Of a DNA stretch of 64,000 bases, positions 48,501 through 62,335 are shown one piece after another. The number at the start of each line of letters is the position of its first letter. Position 1 is the stretch's first letter. Below the pieces are notes generated by a model. That model did no database searches. It worked only from the letters and a program-made list of their open reading frames with translations, and was not told where the DNA came from. A program made the translations under genes and the position numbers. The DNA lies in contig JBHGNT010000011.1 of NCBI GenBank assembly GCA_043228905.1, positions 5,456,001-5,520,000 on the forward strand, in the 5' to 3' direction. This stretch comes from Azolla caroliniana. Lineage: Eukaryota; Plantae; Polypodiophyta.

Positions 48501-50934
48501 CTAAGGAGACTGACCGGATAACTGAGATCGGGTCGTGTGATCGTGAGGTAGATGAGACTCCCGATGAGTTGCCGATACTGAGTCGGCTCACACGATTTGG
48601 TGCCGGAGTTCGCATCTAGTTTGAGATTGCGATCGAGCGGGGTTGCCACGGATTTGCACTCAACCATCCCGAACTTGTATAACAAGTTGAGGATGTAGTG
48701 CCGTTGAGAGATCATGATTCCGGACGGAGTCCGAATTACCTCAATGCCAAGGAAGTAGTGGAGCTCCTTCATGTCCGTCATCTCGAACTTGTCGGAAAGG
48801 AGGTATTTGACCTTATTGATTTCGACGAGATGCCTACCTCCAATGACTAGGTCATCCACATATAAAATGATGACGATCGGACTTGCGGAATCGCTTTGTA
48901 TTTAGAGGGAGTTGTCCGATTTTGACATACGGAAGCCGATTTGATGAAGATATTGCGTTATCTTCGAATGCCAAGCACGCGGTGCTTGCTTGAGGCCGTA
49001 GAGAGGCTTCTTGAGTCAGCAAACCGCTTTTGGATGGGTGCTCGAGTTGAAGCCGGGTGGTTGGATCATGTATACCGCCTCTTCTAATTCGCCTTGTAGA
49101 AAGGCGTTCTTGACGTCCATTTGATGGAGGTGCCACCCTTTCGCCGCGGCAATCGTAATTACGGTTCGCACCGTCGTCATCTTTGCCACCAGGGCAAAGG
49201 TCTCTTCGTAGTCGACGCCATGCGTCTGAGCGTATCCTTTCGCTACGAGTCGAGCTTTGTAGTGGTTTACGGAGCCATCAGTGTTATACTTCACCTTGTA
49301 GATCCATTTGCATCCGATCGCCTTTTTGTGTGGTGAGGTGGGAACGAGATCCCACGTCTCGTTCTTCCGTAGTGCATGCGTCTCCTCATTCATTGTTTCG
49401 ATCCAACACGGGTCCTTTGCGGCTTTCGAAAAGGTTTCCGGCTCCCGTACTGTCGCTACCTTCATCAGAAAGGCATAATGGTACGCCTTATAATCGTTGT
49501 AGCCGAAACGGCTTAAAGGGTTCTTTTCACGAGTAGATCGGCGGAGTTTTTGATTTGCAGAGATGAGGGCTTTCTTAGCTCCGATTGGTACATCGAAGCC
49601 GCCGAACTCACTATCGAGTGAGTGAGTCGATTCATCGTCGTCGAAGCGATCTTCTTTGTATTCCGCTATTTTCGCCTTGCCTTTGTCCATCTTCGGGCTA
49701 GGCCGTGATGTGCTTTGATCGCTCAAAGGCTCTTGTGGTCTGCTCAGTCGGGTCGTGATCGGACTTTCTTTGATCATGCGCGTAGGACGATCTTCGTCCT
49801 CGATCTCTTGTTCGGCAGATTCCGGGTGGAGCGGAGTCAGAGGCGAAGTTGTCTCTGGTGCGTACCAGGATGCAGACTTTTTAAAAACGATGTCTCGACT
49901 TACTCGAGATTTTCGAGTTGAGGGGTTGTAGCTCTTGTACCCCTTTTGCTCCAGTGAGTATCCTACGAGGATACATTTCTCCGACTTCGGGTCAAGCTTT
50001 TGACGCTTCTCGTCGGGGATGTGCACGTACGCTATCGCGTCGAATATCCGGATGTGCGATCAATCAGGCTTCCTTCCAAAGTATTTTTCGTGCGAAGTGA
50101 CCTCGTGCACGCCGGATGTTGTGCACCGGTTCATTAGGTAGACGGCCGTATTTGCAGCTTCAACCCAATATGACTTTGGCATATGCTTCTCGTTCATCAT
50201 GGCCCGCGCTACTTCGAGGATGTGCCGATTTTTGCGCTCGTCTACTCCGTTTTGTTGCGGAGTGTGTCAGCACGTGAATTCTTGCCCAATTCCTTCCTTT
50301 CGGAGATACGCCGTGAAATCGTCGGAGAAGTACTCCTTGTCGCCATCCGATCGAAGGCATTGTACATGTCGGCTCGTGGCTTTCTCGACTTTATTCTTGA
50401 ATTTTTGGAAGTTTCCAAACACTTCTCTCTTTTGCCGCATCGGGTAGATCCAAGTGTGCCTCGAGAAGTCGTCGATGAAGAGCACGTAATATCGGCATCC
50501 GCCGAATATAGCCGTTTGCGCCGGTCCCTATACGTCGGAATGGACTACGTCGAGTAGACCTTTGCTCACATTCCGCTATTTCGGGAATGGGTGTCGGTGT
50601 TGTTTGCTGAATTGGCACGCTTTGCATACACCTTCAATCTCCTTCTCTTTGAATGTCGAGAGTCCGATGACGACTCCTTTCGATTTCATTGCTTTGAGTT
50701 TGTTGAGATTGATGTGGCCGATTCGCTTGTGCCATAGCTCTATTTTGGAGTCGGCTTTCGTGAACATGGCGGATTTCATCTCGCGTGAATCGAGAATGAA
50801 CATCCGGCCCTCTTTTCGTCCGCGTGCTATGAGTCGGCCCTCTTTTTCGATGAAGCAACCGCCTTGATTAAATTGAACTTCCCTTCCTCTACAATTTGGC
50901 CGATTGAGATCAAATTCTTCGTAATGGTCGGTAC

Positions 50935-51336
50935 TGTCAAGATTCGAACTCTTGACATGACGATGTTATGATCGAGTGTTATGTGTTAACCACACATCTA
51001 GCATATAATCATGTATATAATTCCTAGCATCATGTGCATAATTTCTCCCTTGTATTATTTACTACCTACATGCTCTATTGTATCACATGCGTGCAACAGG
51101 TATGCATGCCACTTAGTATAAATAGTTGAGTTCACCTTGAAGGAATTCAATGTGAACAACGCCAGTCATGGACATATCAATCTAGTATTCCAATTTCGCC
51201 CATCCTCTCTCCTTGATCTTTATCTCTATCTTTATGCTTTTATGTCATTCCCTGTCTTAAGTTCCTCGCGTCATCGCTCCGTCATAGCCTCATCATCTGT
51301 GCTCCGTCTTAGTCCGCGTTTGGTGTGTCCGTGACA
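50935..51336 (+). mobile_element. Solo LTR (family D, 402 bp)
   Basis: TGTCA...TGACA; TSD GGTAC/AGTAC (one mismatch; B1 has a single GGTAC here); TATAAATAG at ~51117 followed by a CT-rich tract. Confidence 0.85.
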
Positions 51337-52103
51337 AGTACATGCAAGACATTTTTAATATGATTTTTCTTACCTTCTTTTCTGAACGGAACATTGCCGA
51401 TGTGCCGAATCGGGTGCGTAGTGTCGTATCCGGTTTCGACATAGCCGGGTCGGTCTGGCTCTCGAAGTTCTCGGAACCATTCTTGATGCGATGTCATATG
51501 GTTTGAGGCACCGGAATCGACGAACCATTCGTCTTCCGGACCGGAGGAACTAGTTGAGGTAGAGGCCGACATAGAGTTTGCTCTATGTTTCATCATGAAC
51601 ATTCCGCCACGGTCGGAGTTGTGCGCATACATTCCGCCACGATCTTCGTAGTCAGAGTTGTGTTCGTACATTTCGCCACGGTCGGAGTTGCGTGCATACA
51701 TTTTGCCACGATCTTCGTAGTCGGAGTTGTTCCCGTACATTCCGCTATACTCTTCGTAGTCGGAATTGTGTGCGTAATTCGTGAGTTGTCGGCTTGTGGA
51801 AGCCGATTCACGCATCTTCTTTCGACACTCTTCTTCGTGGTGGCCGAGCTTTCCGCAATATCCGCATTCAGTTGCGTTTTGACGGCTTGGGCCGGAGTGG
51901 AAGCTCCCCCTTCTTGCGAAGGTTCCTCGTTGGCTTCCGTTTTGCAGCCGAAATTGGGAGTTGTTGTCGTAGGTCCGACCTCGTCCGCCTTGTCCTTGGC
52001 CGAATCGGCCTCTCACTCGTCCGCGTCCTCTTCCTCCGTTAGAGTGCGTGTAGAGCATGTGGCCTTCTGGCTCATTGCTCCTTGTATGCACGTGGGTTTC
52101 TTC

Positions 52104-52783
52104 TGTTGGGAAACAAGTCCCTCCGGATGGGAAGGGAGAAGATCAGTACCGTATGAGGAGGACTCGGCTACGGAGAGCTGGATGGTGCAGGCCCGGTATG
52201 AACCGGATGAGGAGTACTCGGCTACGGAGAGCCGGATGGTGCAGACCCGATATGAACCAGATGAGGAATACCCGACTACGGAGAGCCGGATGGTACAGAC
52301 CCGGTGAGAACCGGATGAAGAGACATATTCGTAAATATGTTTCCTGAGAGTCCATCGAGGCTACATTTGTAAATAGCCAAAAAGTCATATTAGTATAAAT
52401 ATGACTTAGGGCAAACTTTTAGTAATTGTTGTTGTTGTTGTCATTTTTCCTTGTTGGTGCAAGAAGAAGAGAGAGCACGTAATATAGTGTACAGAGAGAG
52501 AGAGAGAGAGAAAGAGGTCGTTGCCTCTGTTGTAACCGCCGCCTGTGGCGAAGATCTGTGAGCACAAGGTCGTTGCCTCGGTGAACTCACTGTTGTACAT
52601 TCTCACATCGTGACAGTTTGCAGCCTGTGGGCTGCCGTGGTTTTTCCCTCTTTGGGTTTCCCACGTAAACCTCCTGTGTATCTTCCTCTCCTTTGTGTCG
52701 TGCTTTATTTCCCATTTTCTGTGTATCATTCTAAGCTCGGTTGTGGCCGAGCGTCGCGCATAAGGAACGTTGGGTTCCCGTCA
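52104..52783 (+). mobile_element. Solo LTR (family C) with three 54-bp repeats
   Basis: TGTTGGG...CCCGTCA; TSD TCTTC; homologous to 24317-25124 in the opposite orientation. Confidence 0.92.
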
Positions 52784-55320
52784 TCTTCGACCAATAGCAT
52801 TGGTTGGAGCTCGAAGCAGGAGGGAGATTTCTCCTGTGCTAGAATGGTGGTTTGCATCGCGCCGAACCGTGGTGCGAGGCCGCTGAGGCATATTTGCACC
52901 ATATCATCATCATCTATACTTACGCTTATTGATTCGAGCGAGTCGCAAAGCTCCTTGATCTTCAAGGTGTATGTCGTGATGGACATGTCCCTTTGTTGAA
53001 TGTTGTTCAACTCTTGGCGGAGTTGAAGCTTCCTCGCGGTCGTGTTGGCGGTGAAAATCTTTCGTAGATTTTTCCACACTTCCTTCGGCGTCTTGGCTTC
53101 ACGAATGTAACCGAGCATGTGGTCGTGAACACATGTCGCCAAGCAATACATCACGCGGCTTGCAGCTTGCTCCCATGTCGCGTATCCGGGAGCCGCTTCG
53201 GCGGGTCGGTCTTCATGCGCTCCTTTGATGTAGCTCCAATAGCCTTGTCTAACCAGATATTGGTGCATCTTGTACTCCCAAGATGCAAAGTTGTTTCGAT
53301 CCAACTTCTCAGTAGGGAGAGCTCCCCATTTGCGTATTCATTATGTCGATTCTTCTTCTTCTTCTTCTTCTCTCTTCGAATGCGAGCTATGTAGCGAAGC
53401 TACGATATCCATGAGCCGGTTCTTGGTCGTCGGCGTAGAGCACAACACACGATGACGATGAGGCGAATGGGCTACATCGAGCTACCAAATCGCTCTGATA
53501 CCATGTAAAGAATCAAGAGATAGATTCTTGTGAAGCAGAAGAGATATGAGTTATGTGTGTGTATGAGAGAGAGAGAGAGAGTGAGAGAGACAAGGAATAC
53601 GCAAGGTAAAACTATATTGACAAAGGAGAAAGACTCAACATTATACAAGGTGGGAGGAGGGTGCTTTATGTAGTCACCCTCTCTCTTCATTAACTACAAG
53701 AGTCATGGAGCATGGGGAATGTGAAAGCTCATAAGTTATGTGTCATAGAATATGATTGTATGACTCATACTAAATGCTAGAATACAAAGTGGTGACATAA
53801 TGGTGACTCTTGACCGTTGGAGTGTCTCTTCACTCTCAAGGTGAGTTCACACACTAGACCAAGTTGAGCTTGATTCTCAACAGAGCCTATAGAAAATATT
53901 TATGAGTATTTTTTAACCTATAAACCTTGAAAACCATAAACCTTTAAACCTTTAAACCGAACCACATAAACAGAAACTGATAAACCGATAAACCGCTAAA
54001 CTGGTCAATTCAAAACCGAATTGAACCGAACCGATCCGAAACTAATTAGTAACATTTGAAACCAAAACAAACCGTTTATTTATCTTTGAACCTATAAACT
54101 GTTAAGCAACGGTTTTTTGGTTCGGTTCAGTTTGAGCCAAAACCAGGCCCATTGTTATTCATGACCACATGCTTGGCTACATTCGAGAAGTCGAGATGCT
54201 GAAGAAACCATGGGAGAATCTCAAGAAGATATTCGCTGCCAACACGACGACACGAAACCTTCAACTCCGCTAAGAGTTGAACAACATTCAACAAAGGGAT
54301 ATGTCCATCACAAGCACCTTGAAGATAAGTGAGCTTTGTGACTCACTCGGCTCAATTAATGTCAATGTGGAGGATGATGAAATGGTGCAAATATGCCTCA
54401 ACGGCCTTGCACCACGGTTTGACACGATGAGGACCGCCATACTAGCACGGGAGAATCCTCCCTCTTTCGTTGATCTTCAATCCATGTTGTTGGTTGAAGA
54501 TAACCATGTTCGAACAAGGAGCAATGCCTCAGAAGATCATATGCTCTACACACATTCGAACGGAGGAAGAGGACACGACCGAGCAAGCGGCTGATTCGGC
54601 CAAGGACGAGGTGGACGAGGTCCGACTTATGAAAACAATTCCCAATTTCGGCAACAAGACGGAAGCCATCGAGGAACCTTCGGAAGAAGGGGGAGCTTCC
54701 ATTCTGGTCCGAGCCGACAAACTTCAATCGAATGCAGATATTGCAGAAAAATTGGCCACCATAAAGAAGAGTTCCGAAAGATGAAGCGTGAGTCAGCTTG
54801 CACAAGCCGACAACTCACAAATTACACCACCAACTCCGACTATGACGATCATGGCGGAATGTTCGTGATGAGACATAGAGCAAATTCTATATCGGCCTCT
54901 ATTTCGAATAGTGCCTCTAGTTTGGAAGACATATGGTTCGTCTACTCCGGTGCCTCAACCGTATGACGTCTCATCAAGAATGGTTTGGAGAACTTCAAGA
55001 GCTGGATCGATCCAACTATGTTGAGACTGGAGACGACACTACTCATCCGATTCGGCATGTCAATAATGTTCCATTTAGCAAAGAAGGTAACCAAACTTAC
55101 ATTAAGAATGTCTTGCATGTACCAACCATCACAAAGAATTTGGTCTCTGTTGTCCAAATTGTTGAGCAAGGGATGCAAGATTGATTTAACCAAGGCGGTT
55201 GCTTCATCGAAAAAGATGGCCAACTCATCGCTCGCGGACGAAGAGAGGGTCAAATGTTCATTCTTGATTCACATGAGATGAAATAGGCCATGTTTGTAAA
55301 GGGCACCAAAATAAACACCG

Positions 55321-56506
55321 TATGGTTTGTACGAGACCAGACATAACATTCGTTGTGGGAGCAGTAAGCCGATATATGAGTAATCCAGGAAGAGAACACT
55401 AGGCAACGGTGAAGTGGATACTTAGGTACTTAAAAGGCACCTCAGGGTTGTGCCTAGGGTATGGTGTCAGAAAACCTGTGCTGGAAGGTTTTACCGACTC
55501 GGACATGTCGGGAGATGTAGACTCAAGCCAATCCACGTCGGGGTACGTGATGACCTATGGAGGGGGAGCAGTGTCATGACAATCACGACTGCAGAAGTCT
55601 GTAGCCTTGTCGACTACAGAGGTAGAGTATATGGTAGCGGTAGAGGCCGACAAAGAGCTGATCTGGACGAGAAATTTTCTCAACGAGCTAGGGATGAAGT
55701 AGAGGGAGTTCTTGCTTCACTGTGATAGCCAGAGTGCCATACATCTTGCCAAGAATGCTGCGTATCACTCCCGAACCAAGCACATATAGAGAAAGTATCA
55801 CTGGTTGCGGGAGAAAGTCGAAGAAGGAGAGTTTACACTTGTGAAGGTCCACACGGATGACAATGGATCCGACATGCTCACGAAGAAACTACCTATGGAT
55901 AGACTTAGAGTCTGTCGACAGAAGAAAGGATTGACTCACTCCCTCCCACAAGAGTGAAGGGGGAGTTTGTTGGGGATATGTCCCTCCAGTGGAAGGAACT
56001 GACTGTTCGGAAGTAGCCGACAACCGACAACCGACAGTCGAAGAGTCGACAATAGAGAGTCGATTATTTAAACAGATTATTATTATTATTATAGTAATAA
56101 TAATAGTAATGATATGTAGTAGTGGCTACAATTGTAAATAGTCCACACGATGTATCAGTATATATATACATCTAGGGCAAACATAGTGGCGTGAGGACAA
56201 TAGAAGTGTGCGTAAGAGAGACGCGAGAAAAGAGAGAGAGTGGAGAGGAAGGAGAGAAAGAGTGGTGCCATAGCTGTGTGCGTAACAATAGACGCCAAGA
56301 ACCCTATGTGGATGATACACTCAAAATCAGAGTGTTTTAATCTCTGCCTTGTACATTCACTGTATAGTGAAGTTTCTGCTCTCCCGTGGTTTTCTCCCGT
56401 TTTTTAGGGTTTCCACGTAAATCTCTGTGTACTGTGTTGTCGTATGCATGTGTAGTGTATTTTCAGCATCGTTTGATCTTGTGGTTTTACGAATCGATTC
56501 ACAACA
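55321..56506 (+). mobile_element. 3' fragment of a different copia (RT end, RNase H, PPT, 3' LTR 55968-56506), distantly related to family C LTRs
   Basis: MVCTRPDI..., CDSQSAIHLAKN, RTKHI; PPT GTGAAGGGGGAG; LTR starts TGTTGGGGATATGTCCCTCC. Confidence 0.88.
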
Positions 56507-57757
56507 CTAACTTAGCACACTTACTCATAGACAATGTTTGAGAATTGTGAGGTACACGTAAAAATACCTTCTGTCCAGGGTTGAATACACGAGGTTGCCT
56601 AATATGATCGGCGTAAAAACGCGCTCTATCTATCTTGAGCTGTTTTTATATTATCTTGTGCAATATGCAACATATCTTGCATATCGTGAAGAAAGTTTTG
56701 CGTAATTCGCAAATCATCATGATGTATATTAACATCAATGGGGCTCGTGGCTGAAAACCATACATCAACATAAAAGGGCTATATCCTGTCGATGCATGCT
56801 TGGAGCTGTTATAAGCAAACTCCAAAATTGGGAGATAACGTTCCCATTTTGTTGGTTTTGCACCAACGTATGCTCGAAGCATGTCCTCAATAATTTTATT
56901 TACTCGTGCTCAACGTAGTTTCTAACTTCTTAAAGACGTGCGTCCAGAAGTCACTAGTAAACTTTGGATCTCGATCACTCACGATATCCATCGGTAACCA
57001 ATAAAAACGAAATAACTCGTCAACGAATTGGTAAGCCAATTCAGGATCGGTTACCGTGGTTTTAGTAGCAATAAATCTGGCCATTTTAGTTAGTCTATCA
57101 ACCACAACCTAGATGGCATCATGGCCTTTTTGGGTGTGAGGAAGGCTAACAAAAAAATCCATGGATATAATTTCCAACTTATTATTGGGAATGTCCAAGG
57201 GATGTAAAAGTCGTACGGATTTAAATCGCTCGACTTTGTTAACTTGACATTAGTGACATTTAGTCACATAGCTATGTAGGTCAGGACGCATCTTAGGCCA
57301 ATAGAATTGAGTGGGGATGAGAACGAGTGTACGATGTATTCCAGGGTGCCCTGTTGAGGGTGCATTATGGCATTAAAAAAGAATTCTCTTTTTGACCTCG
57401 GGCAAATCTAGAACACAAACCTTCCCATTACGGTAGAGCAGACCGTTAGCAATGTAGAAGGATTCCTTCGAGGATGTGCTGGTGTCTGTTCCAAACTCAA
57501 CTCTTGCCCAATATTTTGCAAAATAACTGTCATCAGGATACTTTCCTCGAAGGTGATCATAAAGATCTGATGTTATTTCAGTGAAGCTAAGCATGTTAAC
57601 TTCATGGATGCGACCTAGTGCATCAACGACAGTATTCATGGAACATGAAAATTCAAAGTCCTTGATGAGATCAGCCCATCGTGCCTTACGACCTTTTAGG
57701 TCTTCTTGGTCACAAAAATATTTCAAGGACTCGTGGTCCGTAGTGACCACAAAACGT

Positions 57758-58391
57758 TGTCGTAGTGTATTCCACACACTACGTGAAAACCATAAAATAA
57801 TATATCCGATTTTAGATACATATAAATAAATAAATAATATATCAAAACATTTATCACGTGTATAGGGTAGGATTCGAACCCTACACCTCCACGTAGATAA
57901 ACCCCAACTTTACCATTATAATAACTTATCTTTAGTGTTATACATATAGATTTAATACGTATAAGACCTTTATTTACACATACCTTTATTAAAAGGTAAA
58001 AATCATGTATTCTTTAGGGTGTGAATATTTTATTTACACGTGACATTAAAAGTGACTCATGCACATCTAGCGTGCATGAGCCCTATACTTAGGAAATGAC
58101 AAAGCATCACATGCACATTTAGTGTGCATGGACACTTTTGGTGAAAAAGCATGAAGCCATGCTTAGCCTCTTCTATCTTTATATAAGGAGGAGAGAAATA
58201 TGTATAAGGTTGTTGATTAATATACAAGGATTGATCAATCTAATAAACTCGTGGGATTCACGAGATTGCTATCTTACTTCTCTTTCCACTATTCATAACT
58301 AGCCTTAAGTTGTATTCCACTTCCTCCTAGTCAAAAACCTCGGCGGTTCCCACCCGACTCACGCAACGATCCGGAGCCGAAAGGCACGACA
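57758..58391 (+). mobile_element. Solo LTR of the gag-only family (diverged, 634 bp) in gypsy RNase H
   Basis: TGTCGTAGTG...GGCACGACA; 4-bp TSD ACGT; both ends homologous to the 33392-34115 LTR. Confidence 0.92.
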
Positions 58392-61300
58392 ACGTTTTCC
58401 ATAAAGATAATGGCGCCATGTTTTGAGCGCATGGATAACTGCAAATAATTCCTTTTCTTGAACTGTATACCGACATTGAGCAGAATCAAGTTTCGTACTC
58501 TCAAATGCTATTGGTTTACCAACTTGATATAAGACAGCACCTATAGCATAATCGCTTGCATCGGTTTCAACTTCAAAAGGTTTTGAAGGATCTGGTAAAA
58601 GAAGTGAAGAGCCTTACACACCAGGTCCTTGAGTTCCTTAAAGGGGAGGTCTAGTGTAGCATTCCACACAATAGGTTTTGTAGATTTACGCGTTTGACCG
58701 TTGAGAAGATCAGTAAACGACATCATCAATTGGGAGTAATTACAAAGGGATTTTTGCAAAAACCCGACAAAACCAAGGAATGATCGAACTTCTCGAATAT
58801 TCCAAAGAGTGGGCCAAAGTTTGATTTTCTCAATGCAAGAAGGATCAATTTCAACTCCTCATTCGGTTATGAGATGAACAAGATAAGTAATTGATTTCTT
58901 GAAGAACTCACATTTTGAGATTTTCGCGTAGAATTGCTTGTCGCGTAATATTTGTAAAACAAAGCGGACATGTTTAGCATGTTCTTCTAATGTACGACAA
59001 TAAACTAGAATATCATCCAAGAAAATAACGACAAATTTTCCAAGTTGTTCTTGGAAAATGTCATTCATTTCTTGTTGAAATGTGGCCGGAGCATTGGTCA
59101 AACCGAAAGGCATGACCAAAAACTCGTAATGGCCATAGCGCATACGAAATGCCATTTTAGGAACATAATCCTCACTTATACGAATTTGATCATAGCCTGT
59201 ACGGAGATCAAGTTTTGTAAAATACCGAGCTCCCTAGAGACGGTCAATTAGATCGTCAGCCCAGGGTAATGGATATGAATTCTTAATCATGACTTTATTC
59301 AAGCATCGACAATTAATACACGTACACCATGTGCCCTCTTTCTTTTTTACCAAGAGAACAGGTGCACCCCATGGAGATTTACTATAACGTATATAACCTA
59401 TTCGTAAATAGTCCTTGATTTGCTTAGATACCTTATCCTCTTCGGATTGACTTAAGCGATAAGGAGGTATACTTATTGGTGCAATGTGAGGTAGAATATC
59501 TATACAATGGTCTATATTACGTTTAGGAGGTAACCCGTCTGGTAGTTCAGTCAGAAAAACATCACGCAAATCATTTAAGATTTCATCGAGTTGTTGTTAT
59601 TCAAAATATGATAATTGAACCAAGACATTATCAATATTGTAAACGTGAATGTCCGGATCAAGTACACAATAAAATAAAGTAGAACAAGACAACTCGGATA
59701 TTGATGGAGAGGAAACAATCGAAAGAGATTGTTTTTTAACACATTGAATAAAATGAGTACAATCATTCAGTACAAAAGTAATTGAATGATGAACCCAATC
59801 AATAGATAAAGAAGAGTTTTTATTAAAAAACTAGGGATAACCCAGTATTACATCAGTGGTACAAAGATTCATTACATGGAAGTCTACTTCCTCTATATTA
59901 GTATCACCCGTTGATGTATTGTACTCTTCCATCAGCCAAGTGCACCCTATAGGTGTGATCACTTATAGTGGGTTGGATTCTCCATATCTGAACCAAACGA
60001 TCATTCACAAAATTGTGTGAGCTTACGAAATCAAATAAAAATGGTATGGGAGATCCATTGATATACCTGTTTGCACATAGTAAATCATTGGGTCCCAATA
60101 CATAGTGAGGGAAAGAACATTGACAATTACTTAAATGATGTGTATAGACCTCAAGGACATTAGGAATCTGACCTTTATGGTCTGCAACTTTTGCTTTGTT
60201 GTCGTGCTCTTTTCGTTGGAGCTTTCGACATTGTTCTTTTATATGACCCTTCCTTTTGCAGAATATGCAAAAAGGATGTTGTCGCTTACAATCACGATCC
60301 ATGAATTTGTTGGGTGTCTTACGTTTCCCAACAAATTGTGACTGCTTAGTCCCGGGCGCTTCGTTGGGTTTGTTATGGTCCTTCTTCGAAGTGTGTTGAT
60401 AGCGAAGAAGTATTTCAACGGCCTCTTCAAAGGATTTTTGGATCCTTATCATGCACTATCCAGTGATAGTCCGAATTGGGGTTGCCATTGACAAAACAAG
60501 CTATCAACCAATTGTCCCTGTCTAGACCCGATTTTTGGATTTGGGTTCTAGCATGGTGAACATAGTCTTCTAGTGAGGAAAACTTCATGCTAGAGAGGTT
60601 CATTAAAGCTTGTGCTGCCTCGGTTCAAGATAGAGGTTGCAGAAATTAGCCCTTGAAAATTGTGACAAAATCTATCCAACTATCGGCCAATTTCCCCAAA
60701 GTTCGGAGCCCACGCCACCAGGCAGCAGCCTTTACCCCCTAGTTCTCGGCTGACATATGCAATCTTCGTACTATTTGGTGTGGGATAGAGCTCAAAATGA
60801 GACTCTCATCGGCCCAACCACGTGCAGATTACTTCTTCGGTTCTTTCCTTTTTTTCTCCTGTAAATGGCTTTACGACAAATGATGGTTCACCTTGACGCT
60901 CATCGGGTCTATTAGTCTCACGTTTTAAACTAATGACATGTGCCTCGAGAGCACTTTGAGATAGCCGAAGTTCGGACATCTGATGCATAGTTGAACTAAG
61001 GAAATGTTGTATTTGTAAAAAATACGACTCAATGGATATTGGTCTAGGAGGATTTCCTTGAGTTCCTTTCGCTTGAGCGGGTGACATCAAGTCGCTATTC
61101 TGAACCATTAAATGATTATTTCTGGCAAAGAAATAAGATAAGGTCAGACAAATAGTCATAACCTCATGTCGTGATGTAAAATTATCATGGGCAAACATTA
61201 ATCGATATCATGATCTCACGTCAATACCCCTCTAGACGTATGAGATGAGGTTCAAGATCAGGTTACTATGGTAACACAAAGGTGTTTTAAAAACCATGGG

Positions 61301-62335
61301 GGTGACAAATGAATGTCTTTCCCTGATCTCTATATTGAATTTTTTCATGGCGGCTCCCTGAGGCTTAACCATGTAAGTTCGTGTCATGAATAGTTTATAC
61401 ACGAAAAAAATGTTAACAATAAATTATGTTTTTGTGCCCACGTATATGGATTCGGCTCTTTAAGTCCTATTATGAGGACCCCAAAGTGCAGTTAGACCTA
61501 AAGTCTAAACATGTATTATAGTCATATGTATCAACAATGTTGTATGGTCTTGGTCATATTTGAACTCGAGACCTCAAGAACAAATGCATTAAACACTTGA
61601 GCTAACCAAATACGTTACACGTGTTGAATGTTTAATATTTTATGTGTATAAGAGATATGTGAGGCATTTGCCCATATATGTCAAGAGTCCTTATTTCCCT
61701 CTCATTTACCGCAAACTATGTTGGTACGTTACCTCAAGTCTCATAATTATGATGGCATACGCCCAAGTGCAACCTAATGGTCAAGCCAAATGAGCCCTCT
61801 TTTCGTAGTAGGCCCACATGGCCCATCACATGGTTACATCATTACGAATGCCTTTCATAAGAATGATCTCATGGTGGTATCGTATCCATGTAATATGGGA
61901 GGGATGTTGGATATGTGTGCCATAGGAGCGACCTCACATGAAGTGGGTCAAGCCCTGCATTCTCACCATCATTGTGGCTATGATTGTTTCGTTACGTAAC
62001 AAAAGCGAAGTGACCAACGGGGATGTCAACAAAAAAGATTGTTGAAAAAAGGATGGTGACTACGCCATTCTCACAAAAATGTGAGGACGGCCACCAAGAT
62101 CCGTTCCCCGAAAAGGACAACATTCGATATAGAAATTACGTTATAACTAACATACACATATGTATATTTATCACATACATATGATCAAATACATATACAT
62201 GTGACCACATATGTGTATATTAAAAAAATTCGTAACATCAAATAGCCAACATATGATGAAATTGAGACACGTAATCGAGGCATATTGCCTCTACACACAC
62301 GAAACATAAAAAAAAAAGGGTTAATCATAATACGC

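Larger units (their letters stand above)
47259..53882 (-). mobile_element. Ty1/copia family B, copy 2 (full length, with two solo-LTR insertions)
   Basis: LTRs 47259-47641 and 53504-53882; TSD GAGCC; PBS at 53492-53503; pol fragments near-identical to B1. Confidence 0.95.
46701..54157. mobile_element. Non-autonomous hAT-type element / MITE (~830 bp without the nested copia)
   Basis: 8-bp TSD TTCATGAC (46693-46700 / 54158-54165); TIR TAGCAATGGGCCCGGTT / AACCAGGCCCATTGTTA; (AAACC)n and AAACCG subterminal repeats; ~24-bp tandem repeat at 47000-47170. Confidence 0.9.
45852..55320 (+). mobile_element. Ty1/copia family B-related, copy 3 (5' half only; older)
   Basis: LTR 45852-46320 similar to the B LTRs; PBS TGGTATCAAAGC at 46321; gag from ~46479, interrupted at 46701-54165, continuing to ~55320. 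Confidence 0.88.
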
